The notes beneath the pieces are model-generated. The model was given only the letters and a program-made list of their open reading frames with translations, was not told the DNA's origin and ran no database searches. A stretch of DNA of 64,000 nucleotides. Source: Balanoglossus misakiensis (taxonomy: Eukaryota > Animalia > Hemichordata). The position numbers were made by a program, and so were the translations under genes. The stretch's first letter is position 1; each line of letters begins with the position of its first letter. The stretch is from positions 4,240,037 to 4,304,036 of the forward strand of contig CM082595.2 of assembly GCA_040954595.2 (NCBI GenBank). Direction: 5' to 3'. This document shows, in pieces, positions 51,901-64,000 of the stretch.

Positions 51901-54900
51901 TAAAAAAGTCGGAAAATTGTGATTTTTTGATGAAAATCATGGGCTATAACCCATGATTTTTGTGAAAAATGGCCAAATTTTGAAAATTAAAAAAGTCGGA
52001 AAAGTGTGATTTTTTGATGAAAATCATGGGCTATAACCCATGATTTTTGTGAAAAATGGCCAAATTTTGAAAATTAAAAAAGTCGGAAAATTGTGATTTT
52101 TTGATGAAAATCATGGGCTATAACCCATGATTTTTGTGAAAAATGGCCAAATTTTGAAAATTAGAAAAGTCGGAAAATTGTGATTTTTTGATGAAAATCA
52201 TGGGCTATAACCCATGATTTTTGTGAAAAATGGCCAAATTTTGAAAATTAGAAAAGTCGGAAAATTGTGATTTTTTGATGAAAATCATGGGCTATAACCC
52301 ATGATTTTTGTGAAAAATGGCCAAATTTTGAAAATTAGAAAAGTCGGAAAATTGTGATTTTTTGATGAAAATCATGGGCTATAACCCATGATTTTTGTGA
52401 AAAATGGCCAAATTTTGAAAATTAAAAAGTCGGAAAAGTGTGATTTTTTGATGAAAATCATGGGCTATAACCCATGATTTTTGTGAAAAATGGCCAAATT
52501 TTGAAAATTAAAAAAGTCGGAAAAGTGTGATTTTTTGATGAAAATCATGGGCTATAACCCATGATTTTTGTGAAAAATGGCCAAATTTTGAAAATTAAAA
52601 AAGTCGGAAAAGTGTGATTTTTTGATGAAAATCATGGGCTATAACCCATGATTTTTGTGAAAAATGGCCAAATTTTGAAAATTAAAAAAGTCGGAAAATT
52701 GTGATTTTTTGATGAAAATCATGGGCTATAACCCATGATTTTTGTGAAAAATGGCCAAATTTTGAAAATTAGAAAAGTCGGAAAATTGTGATTTTTTGAT
52801 GAAAATCATGGGCTATAACCCATGATTTTTGTGAAAAATGGCCAAATTTTGAAAATTAGAAAAGTCGGAAAATTGTGATTTTTTGATGAAAATCATGGGC
52901 TATAACCCATGATTTTTGTGAAAAATGGCCAAATTTTGAAAATTAGAAAAGTCGGAAAATTGTGATTTTTTGATGAAAATCATGGGCTATAACCCATGAT
53001 TTTTGTGAAAAATGGCCAAATTTTGAAAATTAAAAAAGTCGGAAAATTGTGATTTTTTGATGAAAATCATGGGCTATAACCCATGATTTTTGTGAAAAAT
53101 GGCCAAATTTTGAAAATTAAAAAAGTCGGAAAATTGTGATTTTTTGATGAAAATCATGGGCTATAACCCATGATTTTTGTGAAAAATGGCCAAATTTTGA
53201 AAATTAGAAAAGTCGGAAAATTGTGATTTTTTGATGAAAATCATGGGCTATAACCCATGATTTTTGTGAAAAATGGCCAAATTTTGAAAATTAAAAAAGT
53301 CGGAAAATTGTGATTTTTTGATGAAAATCATGGGCTATAACCCATGATTTTTGTGAAAAATGGCCAAATTTTGAAAATTAAAAAAGTCGGAAAAGTGTGA
53401 TTTTTTGATGAAAATCATGGGCTATAACCCATGATTTTTGTGAAAAATGGCCAAATTTTGAAAATTAAAAAAGTCGGAAAATTGTGATTTTTTGATGAAA
53501 ATCATGGGCTATAACCCATGATTTTTGTGAAAAATGGCCAAATTTTGAAAATTAGAAAAGTCGGAAAATTGTGATTTTTTGATGAAAATCATGGGCTATA
53601 ACCCATGATTTTTGTGAAAAATGGCCAAATTTTGAAAATTAGAAAAGTCGGAAAATTGTGATTTTTTGATGAAAATCATGGGCTATAACCCATGATTTTT
53701 GTGAAAAATGGCCAAATTTTGAAAATTAGAAAAGTCGGAAAATTGTGATTTTTTGATGAAAATCATGGGCTATAACCCATGATTTTTGTGAAAAATGGCC
53801 AAATTTTGAAAATTAAAAAAGTCGGAAAATTGTGATTTTTTGATGAAAATCATGGGCTATAACCCATGATTTTTGTGAAAAATGGCCAAATTTTGAAAAT
53901 TAAAAAAGTCGGAAAATTGTGATTTTTTGATGAAAATCATGGGCTATAACCCATGATTTTTGTGAAAAATGGCCAAATTTTGAAAATTAGAAAAGTCGGA
54001 AAATTGTGATTTTTTGATGAAAATCATGGGCTATAACCCATGATTTTTGTGAAAAATGGCCAAATTTTGAAAATTAAAAAAGTCGGAAAATTGTGATTTT
54101 TTGATGAAAATCATGGGCTATAACCCATGATTTTTGTGAAAAATGGCCAAATTTTGAAAATTAAAAAAGTCGGAAAAGTGTGATTTTTTGATGAAAATCA
54201 TGGGCTATAACCCATGATTTTTGTGAAAAATGGCCAAATTTTGAAAATTAAAAAAGTCGGAAAATTGTGATTTTTTGATGAAAATCATGGGCTATAACCC
54301 ATGATTTTTGTGAAAAATGGCCAAATTTTGAAAATTAAAAAAGTCGGAAAATTGTGATTTTTTGATGAAAATCATGGGCTATAACCCATGATTTTTGTGA
54401 AAAATGGCCAAATTTTGAAAATTAAAAAAGTCGGAAAATTGTGATTTTTTGATGAAAATCATGGGCTATAACCCATGATTTTTGTGAAAAATGGCCAAAT
54501 TTTGAAAATTAAAAAAGTCGGAAAATTGTGATTTTTTGATGAAAATCATGGGCTATAACCCATGATTTTTGTGAAAAATGGCCAAATTTTGAAAATTAAA
54601 AAAGTCGGAAAATTGTGATTTTTTGATGAAAATCATGGGCTATAACCCATGATTTTTGTGAAAAATGGCCAAATTTTGAAAATTAAAAAAGTCGGAAAAT
54701 TGTGATTTTTTGATGAAAATCATGGGCTATAACCCATGATTTTTGTGAAAAATGGCCAAATTTTGAAAATTAGAAAAGTCGGAAAATTGTGATTTTTTGA
54801 TGAAAATCATGGGCTATAACCCATGATTTTTGTGAAAAATGGCCAAATTTTGAAAATTAGAAAAGTCGGAAAATTGTGATTTTTTGATGAAAATCATGGG

Positions 54901-57900
54901 CTATAACCCATGATTTTTGTGAAAAATGGCCAAATTTTGAAAATTAAAAAAGTCGGAAAATTGTGATTTTTTGATGAAAATCATGGGCTATAACCCATGA
55001 TTTTTGTGAAAAATGGCCAAATTTTGAAAATTAAAAAAGTCGGAAAATTGTGATTTTTTGATGAAAATCATGGGCTATAACCCATGATTTTTGTGAAAAA
55101 TGGCCAAATTTTGAAAATTAGAAAAGTCGGAAAATTGTGATTTTTTGATGAAAATCATGGGCTATAACCCATGATTTTTGTGAAAAATGGCCAAATTTTG
55201 AAAATTAGAAAAGTCGGAAAATTGTGATTTTTTGATGAAAATCATGGGCTATAACCCATGATTTTTGTGAAAAATGGCCAAATTTTGAAAATTAGAAAAG
55301 TCGGAAAATTGTGATTTTTTGATGAAAATCATGGGCTATAACCCATGATTTTTGTGAAAAATGGCCAAATTTTGAAAATTAAAAAAGTCGGAAAATTGTG
55401 ATTTTTTGATGAAAATCATGGGCTATAACCCATGATTTTTGTGAAAAATGGCCAAATTTTGAAAATTAAAAAAGTCGGAAAATTGTGATTTTTTGATGAA
55501 AATCATGGGCTATAACCCATGATTTTTGTGAAAAATGGCCAAATTTTGAAAATTAAAAAAGTCGGAAAATTGTGATTTTTTGATGAAAATCATGGGCTAT
55601 AACCCATGATTTTTGTGAAAAATGGCCAAATTTTGAAAATTAGAAAAGTCGGAAAATTGTGATTTTTTGATGAAAATCATGGGCTATAACCCATGATTTT
55701 TGTGAAAAATGGCCAAATTTTGAAAATTAGAAAAGTCGGAAAATTGTGATTTTTTGATGAAAATCATGGGCTATAACCCATGATTTTTGTGAAAAATGGC
55801 CAAATTTTGAAAATTAGAAAAAGTCGGAAAATTGTGATTTTTTGATGAAAATCATGGGCTATAACCCATGATTTTTGTGAAAAATGGCCAAATTTTGAAA
55901 ATTAAAAAAGTCGGAAAATTGTGATTTTTTGATGAAAATCATGGGCTATAACCCATGATTTTTGTGAAAAATGGCCAAATTTTGAAAATTAAAAAAAGTC
56001 GGAAAATTGTGATTTTTTGATGAAAATCATGGGCTATAACCCATGATTTTTGTGAAAAATGGCCAAATTTTGAAAATTAGAAAAGTCGGAAAATTGTGAT
56101 TTTTTGATGAAAATCATGGGCTATAACCCATGATTTTTGTGAAAAATGGCCAAATTTTGAAAATTAGAAAAGTCGGAAAATTGTGATTTTTTGATGAAAA
56201 TCATGGGCTATAACCCATGATTTTTGTGAAAAATGGCCAAATTTTGAAAATTAGAAAAGTCGGAAAATTGTGATTTTTTGATGAAAATCATGGGCTATAA
56301 CCCATGATTTTTGTGAAAAATGGCCAAATTTTGAAAATTAAAAAAGTCGGAAAATTGTGATTTTTTGATGAAAATCATGGGCTATAACCCATGATTTTTG
56401 TGAAAAATGGCCAAATTTTGAAAATTAAAAAAGTCGGAAAAGTGTGATTTTTTGATGAAAATCATGGGCTATAACCCATGATTTTTGTGAAAAATGGCCA
56501 AATTTTGAAAATTAAAAAAGTCGGAAAAGTGTGATTTTTTGATGAAAATCATGGGCTATAACCCATGATTTTTGTGAAAAATGGCCAAATTTTGAAAATT
56601 AAAAAAGTCGGAAAATTGTGATTTTTTGATGAAAATCATGGGCTATAACCCATGATTTTTGTGAAAAATGGCCAAATTTTGAAAATTAAAAAAGTCGGAA
56701 AATTGTGATTTTTTGATGAAAATCATGGGCTATAACCCATGATTTTTGTGAAAAATGGCCAAATTTTGAAAATTAAAAAAGTCGGAAAATTGTGATTTTT
56801 TGATGAAAATCATGGGCTATAACCCATTATTTTTGTGAAAAATGGCCAAATTTTGAAAATTAAAAAAGTCGGAAAATTGTGATTTTTTGATGAAAATCAT
56901 GGGCTATAACCCATGATTTTTGTGAAAAATGGCCAAATTTTGAAAATTAGAAAAGTCGGAAAATTGTGATTTTTTGATGAAAATCATGGGCTATAACCCA
57001 TGATTTTTGTGAAAAATGGCCAAATTTTGAAAATTAAAAAAGTCGGAAAAGTGTGATTTTTTGATGAAAATCATGGGCTATAACCCATGATTTTTGTGAA
57101 AAATGGCCAAATTTTGAAAATTAAAAAAGTCGGAAAAGTGTGATTTTTTGATGAAAATCATGGGCTATAACCCATGATTTTTGTGAAAAATGGCCAAATT
57201 TTGAAAATTAGAAAAGTCGGAAAATTGTGATTTTTTTGATGAAAATCATGGGCTATAACCCATGATTTTTGTGAAAAATGGCCAAATTTTGAAAATTAAA
57301 AAAGTCGGAAAATTGTGATTTTTTGATGAAAATCATGGGCTATAACCCATGATTTTTGTGAAAAATGGCCAAATTTTGAAAATTAGAAAAGTCGGAAAAT
57401 TGTGATTTTTTGATGAAAATCATGGGCTATAACCCATGATTTTTGTGAAAAATGGCCAAATTTTGAAAATTAGAAAAGTCGGAAAATTGTGATTTTTTGA
57501 TGAAAATCATGGGCTATAACCCATGATTTTTGTGAAAAATGGCCAAATTTTGAAAATTAGAAAAGTCGGAAAATTGTGATTTTTTGATGAAAATCATGGG
57601 CTATAACCCATGATTTTTGTGAAAAATGGCCAAATTTTGAAAATTAGAAAAGTCGGAAAATTGTGATTTTTTGATGAAAATCATGGGCTATAACCCATGA
57701 TTTTTGTGAAAAATGGCCAAATTTTGAAAATTAAAAAAGTCGGAAAATTGTGATTTTTTGATGAAAATCATGGGCTATAACCCATGATTTTTGTGAAAAA
57801 TGGCCAAATTTTGAAAATTAAAAAAGTCGGAAAAGTGTGATTTTTTGATGAAAATCATGGGCTATAACCCATGATTTTTGTGAAAAATGGCCAAATTTTG

Positions 57901-60900
57901 AAAATTAGAAAAGTCGGAAAATTGTGATTTTTTGATGAAAATCATGGGCTATAACCCATGATTTTTGTGAAAAATGGCCAAATTTTGAAAATTAGAAAAG
58001 TCGGAAAATTGTGATTTTTTGATGAAAATCATGGGCTATAACCCATGATTTTTGTGAAAAATGGCCAAATTTTGAAAATTAAAAAAGTCGGAAAATTGTG
58101 ATTTTTTGATGAAAATCATGGGCTATAACCCATTATTTTTGTGAAAAATGGCCAAATTTTGAAAATTAAAAAAGTCGGAAAATTGTGATTTTTTGATGAA
58201 AATCATGGGCTATAACCCATGATTTTTGTGAAAAATGGCCAAATTTTGAAAATTAGAAAAGTCGGAAAATTGTGATTTTTTGATGAAAATCATGGGCTAT
58301 AACCCATGATTTTTGTGAAAAATGGCCAAATTTTGAAAATTAAAAAAGTCGGAAAAGTGTGATTTTTTGATGAAAATCATGGGCTATAACCCATGATTTT
58401 TGTGAAAAATGGCCAAATTTTGAAAATTAGAAAAGTCGGAAAAGTGTGATTTTTTGATGAAAATCATGGGCTATAACCCATGATTTTTGTGAAAAATGGC
58501 CAAATTTTGAAAATTAGAAAAGTCGGAAAATTGTGATTTTTTGATGAAAATCATGGGCTATAACCCATGATTTTTGTGAAAAATGGCCAAATTTTGAAAA
58601 TTAAAAAAGTCGGAAAATTGTGATTTTTTGATGAAAATCATGGGCTATAACCCATGATTTTTGTGAAAAATGGCCAAATTTTGAAAATTAGAAAAGTCGG
58701 AAAATTGTGATTTTTTGATGAAAATCATGGGCTATAACCCATGATTTTTGTGAAAAATGGCCAAATTTTGAAAATTAAAAAAGTCGGAAAATTGTGATTT
58801 TTTGATGAAAATCATGGGCTATAACCCATGATTTTTGTGAAAAATGGCCAAATTTTGAAAATTAGAAAAGTCGGAAAATTGTGATTTTTTGATGAAAATC
58901 ATGGGCTATAACCCATGATTTTTGTGAAAAATGGCCAAATTTTGAAAATTAGAAAAGTCGGAAAATTGTGATTTTTTGATGAAAATCATGGGCTATAACC
59001 CATGATTTTTGTGAAAAATGGCCAAATTTTGAAAATTAAAAAAGTCGGAAAATTGTGATTTTTTGATGAAAATCATGGGCTATAACCCATGATTTTTGTG
59101 AAAAATGGCCAAATTTTGAAAATTAAAAAAGTCGGAAAAGTGTGATTTTTTGATGAAAATCATGGGCTATAACCCATGATTTTTGTGAAAAATGGCCAAA
59201 TTTTGAAAATTAGAAAAGTCGGAAAATTGTGATTTTTTGATGAAAATCATGGGCTATAACCCATGATTTTTGTGAAAAATGGCCAAATTTTGAAAATTAG
59301 AAAAGTCGGAAAATTGTGATTTTTTGATGAAAATCATGGGCTATAACCCATGATTTTTGTGAAAAATGGCCAAATTTTGAAAATTAAAAAAGTCGGAAAA
59401 TTGTGATTTTTTGATGAAAATCATGGGCTATAACCCATGATTTTTGTGAAAAATGGCCAAATTTTGAAAATTAAAAAAGTCGGAAAATTGTGATTTTTTG
59501 ATGAAAATCATGGGCTATAACCCATGATTTTTGTGAAAAATGGCCAAATTTTGAAAATTAAAAAAGTCGGAAAATTGTGATTTTTTGATGAAAATCATGG
59601 GCTATAACCCATGATTTTTGTGAAAAATGGCCAAATTTTGAAAATTAAAAAAGTCGGAAAATTGTGATTTTTTGATGAAAATCATGGGCTATAACCCATG
59701 ATTTTTGTGAAAAATGGCCAAATTTTGAAAATTAGAAAAGTCGGAAAATTGTGATTTTTTGATGAAAATCATGGGCTATAACCCATGATTTTTGTGAAAA
59801 ATGGCCAAATTTTGAAAATTAGAAAAGTCGGAAAATTGTGATTTTTTGATGAAAATCATGGGCTATAACCCATGATTTTTGTGAAAAATGGCCAAATTTT
59901 GAAAATTAGAAAAGTCGGAAAATTGTGATTTTTTGATGAAAATCATGGGCTATAACCCATGATTTTTGTGAAAAATGGCCAAATTTTGAAAATTAAAAAA
60001 GTCGGAAAATTGTGATTTTTTGATGAAAATCATGGGCTATAACCCATGATTTTTGTGAAAAAAGGCCAAATTTTGAAAATTAAAAAAGTCGGAAAATTGT
60101 GATTTTTTGATGAAAATCATGGGCTATAACCCATGATTTTTGTGAAAAATGGCCAAATTTTGAAAATTAGAGAAGTCGGAAAATTGTGATTTTTTGATGA
60201 AAATCATGGGCTATAACCCATGATTTTTGTGAAAAATGGCCAAATTTTGAAAATTAAAAAAGTCGGAAAAGTGTGATTTTTTGATGAAAATCATGGGCTA
60301 TAACCCATGATTTTTGTGAAAAATGGCCAAATTTTGAAAATTAAAAAAGTCGGAAAATTGTGATTTTTTGATGAAAATCATGGGCTATAACCCATGATTT
60401 TTGTGAAAAATGGCCAAATTTTGAAAATTAAAAAAGTCGGAAAATTGTGATTTTTTGATGAAAATCATGGGCTATAACCCATGATTTTTGTGAAAAATGG
60501 CCAAATTTTGAAAATTAGAAAAGTCGGAAAATTGTGATTTTTTGATGAAAATCATGGGCTATAACCCATGATTTTTGTGAAAAATGGCCAAATTTTGAAA
60601 ATTAAAAAAGTCGGAAAAGTGTGATTTTTTGATGAAAATCATGGGCTATAACCCATGATTTTTGTGAAAAATGGCCAAATTTTGAAAATTAGAAAAGTCG
60701 GAAAATTGTGATTTTTTGATGAAAATCATGGGCTATAACCCATGATTTTTGTGAAAAATGGCCAAATTTTGAAAATTAGAAAAGTCGGAAAATTGTGATT
60801 TTTTGATGAAAATCATGGGCTATAACCCATGATTTTTGTGAAAAATGGCCAAATTTTGAAAATTAGAAAAGTCGGAAAATTGTGATTTTTTGATGAAAAT

Positions 60901-63900
60901 CATGGGCTATAACCCATGATTTTTGTGAAAAATGGCCAAATTTTGAAAATTAAAAAAGTCGGAAAATTGTGATTTTTTGATGAAAATCATGGGCTATAAC
61001 CCATGATTTTTGTGAAAATGGCCAAATTTTGAAAATTTAAAAAAGTCGGAAAATTGTGATTTTTTGATGAAAATCATGGGCTATAACCCATGATTTTTGT
61101 GAAAAATGGCCAAATTTTGAAAATTAGAAAAGTCGGAAAATTGTGATTTTTTGATGAAAATCATGGGCTATAACCCATGATTTTTGTGAAAAATGGCCAA
61201 ATTTTGAAAATTAAAAAAGTCGGAAAATTGTGATTTTTTGATGAAAATCATGGGCTATAACCCATGATTTTTGTGAAAAATGGCCAAATTTTGAAAATTA
61301 GAAAAGTCGGAAAATTGTGATTTTTTGATGAAAATCATGGCTATAACCCATGATTTTTGTGAAAAATGGCCAAATTTTGAAAATTAGAAAAGTCGGAAAA
61401 TTGTGATTTTTTGATGAAAATCATGGGCTATAACCCATGATTTTTGTGAAAAATTGGCCAAATTTTGAAAATTAAAAAAGTCGGAAAATTGTGATTTTTT
61501 GATGAAAATCATGGGCTATAACCCATGATTTTTGTGAAAAATGGCCAAATTTTGAAAATTAAAAAAGTCGGAAAAGTGTGATTTTTTGATGAAAATCATG
61601 GGCTATAACCCATGATTTTTGTGAAAAATGGCCAAAATTTTGAAAATTAGAAAAGTCGGAAAATTGTGATTTTTTGATGAAAATCATGGGCTATAACCCA
61701 TGATTTTTGTGAAAAATGGCCAAATTTTGAAAATTAGAAAAGTCGGAAAATTGTGATTTTTTGATGAAAATCATGGGCTATAACCCATGATTTTTGTGAA
61801 AAATGGCCAAATTTTGAAAATTAAAAAAGTCGGAAAATTGTGATTTTTTGATGAAAATCATGGGCTATAACCCATGATTTTTGTGAAAAATGGCCAAATT
61901 TTGAAAATTAAAAAAGTCGGAAAATTGTGATTTTTTGATGAAAATCATGGGCTATAACCATGATTTTTGTGAAAAATGGCCAAATTTTGAAAATTAAAAA
62001 AGTCGGAAAATTGTGATTTTTTGATGAAAATCATGGGCTATAACCCATGATTTTTGTGAAAAATGGCCAAATTTTGAAAATTAAAAAAGTCGGAAAATTG
62101 TGATTTTTTGATGAAAATCATGGGCTATAACCCATGATTTTTGTGAAAAATGGCCAAATTTTGAAAATTAGAAAAGTCGGAAAATTGTGATTTTTTGATG
62201 AAAATCATGGGCTATAACCCATGATTTTTGTGAAAAATGGCCAAATTTTGAAAATTAAAAAAGTCGGAAAATTGTGATTTTTTGATGAAAATCATGGGCT
62301 ATAACCCATGATTTTTGTGAAAATGGCCAAATTTTGAAAATTAGAAAAGTCGGAAAATTGTGATTTTTTGATGAAAATCATGGGCTATAACCCATGATTT
62401 TTGTGAAAAATGGCCAAATTTTGAAAATTAAAAAAGTCGGAAAATTGTGATTTTTTGATGAAAATCATGGGCTATAACCCATGATTTTTTGTGAAAAAAT
62501 GGCCAAATTTTGAAAATTAGAAAAGTCGGAAAATTGTGATTTTTTGATGAAAATCATGGGCTATAACCCATGATTTTTGTGAAAAATGGCCAAATTTTGA
62601 AAATTAAGAAGTCGGAAAATTGTGATTTTTTTGATGAAAATCATGGGCTATAACCCATGATTTTTGTGAAAAATGGCCAAATTTTGAAAAATTAGAAAAG
62701 TCGGAAAATTGTGATTTTTTGATGAAAATCATGGGCTATAACCCATGATTTTTGTGAAAAATGGCCAAATTTTGAAAATTAAAAAAGTCGGAAAATTGTG
62801 ATTTTTTGATGAAAATCATGGGCTATAACCCATGATTTTTGTGAAAAATGGCCAAATTTTGAAAATTAAAAAAGTCGGAAAATTGTGATTTTTTGATGAA
62901 AATCATGGGCTATAACCCATGATTTTTGTGAAAAATGGCCAAATTTTGAAATTAGAAAAGTCGGAAAATTGTGATTTTTTGATGAAAATCATGGGCTATA
63001 ACCCATGATTTTTGTGAAAAATGGCCAAATTTTGAAAATTAAAAAAGTCGGAAAAGTGTGATTTTTTGATGAAAATCATGGGCTATAACCCATGATTTTT
63101 GTGAAAAATGGCCAAATTTTGAAAATTAGAAAAGTCGGAAAATTGTGATTTTTTGATGAAAATCATGGGCTATAACCCATGATTTTTGTGAAAAATGGCC
63201 AAATTTTGAAAATTAAAAAAGTCGGAAAATTGTGATTTTTTGATGAAAATCATGGGCTATAACCCATGATTTTTGTGAAAATGGCCAAATTTTGAAAATT
63301 AGAAAAGTCGGAAAATTGTGATTTTTTTGATGAAAATCATGGGCTATAACCCATGATTTTTGTGAAAAATGCCAAATTTTGAAAATTAAAAAAGTCGGAA
63401 AATTGTGATTTTTTGATGAAAATCATGGGCTATAACCCATGATTTTTGTGAAAAATGGCCAAATTTTGAAAATTAAAAAAGTCGGAAAATTGTGATTTTT
63501 TGATGAAAATCATGGGCTAAACCCATGATTTTTGTGAAAAATGGCCAAATTTTGAAAATTAGAAAAGTCGGGAAAATTGTGATTTTTGATGAAAATCATG
63601 GGCTATTACCCATGATTTTGTGAAAAATGGCCAAATTTTGAAAATTAAAAAGTCGGAAAATGTGATTGTTTGATGAAAATCATGGGCTATAACCCATGAT
63701 TTTTGTGAAAAATGGCCAAATTTGAAAATTAGAAAAGTCGGAAAATTGTGATTTTTTGATGAAAATCATGGGCTAAAACCCATGATTTTTGTGAAAAATG
63801 GCCAAATTTTGAAAATTAAAAAAGTGAAATTGTGATTTTTGATGAAAATCATGGGCTATAACCCATGATTTTTGTGAAAAATGGCCAAATTTTGAAAATT

Positions 63901-64000
63901 AAAAATGTATGTTGGCCAAATTTGACTGAAAGTGTGATTTTTTGATGAAAATCATGGGCTATTAACCCATGATTTTTGTGAAAAATGGCCTAATTTTGAC
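48987..64000 (-). repeat. 87-bp satellite array, right arm (~172 monomers, reverse orientation), running off the window
   Basis: Exact reverse complement of the left-arm consensus. Two recurrent SNP variants (attaGaaaagtc and ggaaaaGtgtg). Indels and substitutions increase after ~61,000. Confidence 0.99.

Noticed and set aside
38598-64000. CRISPR-like array (regularly spaced ~28-bp palindromic repeat)
   Set aside because: The sequence between palindromes is essentially identical in every unit, so there are no unique spacers. No cas genes are present and the context is eukaryotic.
61000-64000. Apparent divergence of monomers toward the window end
   Set aside because: Mostly unique single-base homopolymer indels and garbled units, more consistent with falling read coverage near a contig end than with biological decay.

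Overview
AT-rich eukaryotic DNA, probably from a marine invertebrate (inferred from spliced exons and the gene families seen), in two parts. Positions 1 to ~38,490 are mostly intronic/intergenic. They contain the first coding exon (signal peptide ending ...PSTVRI-G, phase-1 GTAAGT donor) of a minus-strand receptor gene, most like an ionotropic glutamate receptor (9,990-10,080). They also contain the terminal exon of a plus-strand EMAP/EML WD40 microtubule-associated protein (37,563-37,729), two copies of a ~87-bp piggyBac-type MITE, a (TG)n microsatellite, hairpins and several weak exon candidates. From ~38,490 to 64,000 is a very homogeneous 87-bp satellite (about 290 monomers by length), each monomer carrying a 28-bp near-perfect palindrome. 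The array reverses orientation at ~48,885, exactly on that palindrome, and has an older inverted monomer at its left edge. A 3-bp loop micro-inversion variant replaces the edge allele along the array, and there are local 9-, 10- and 15-monomer block duplications. Nearly all ORFs in the supplied track look spurious. No database searches were run; family calls come from motif recognition only.
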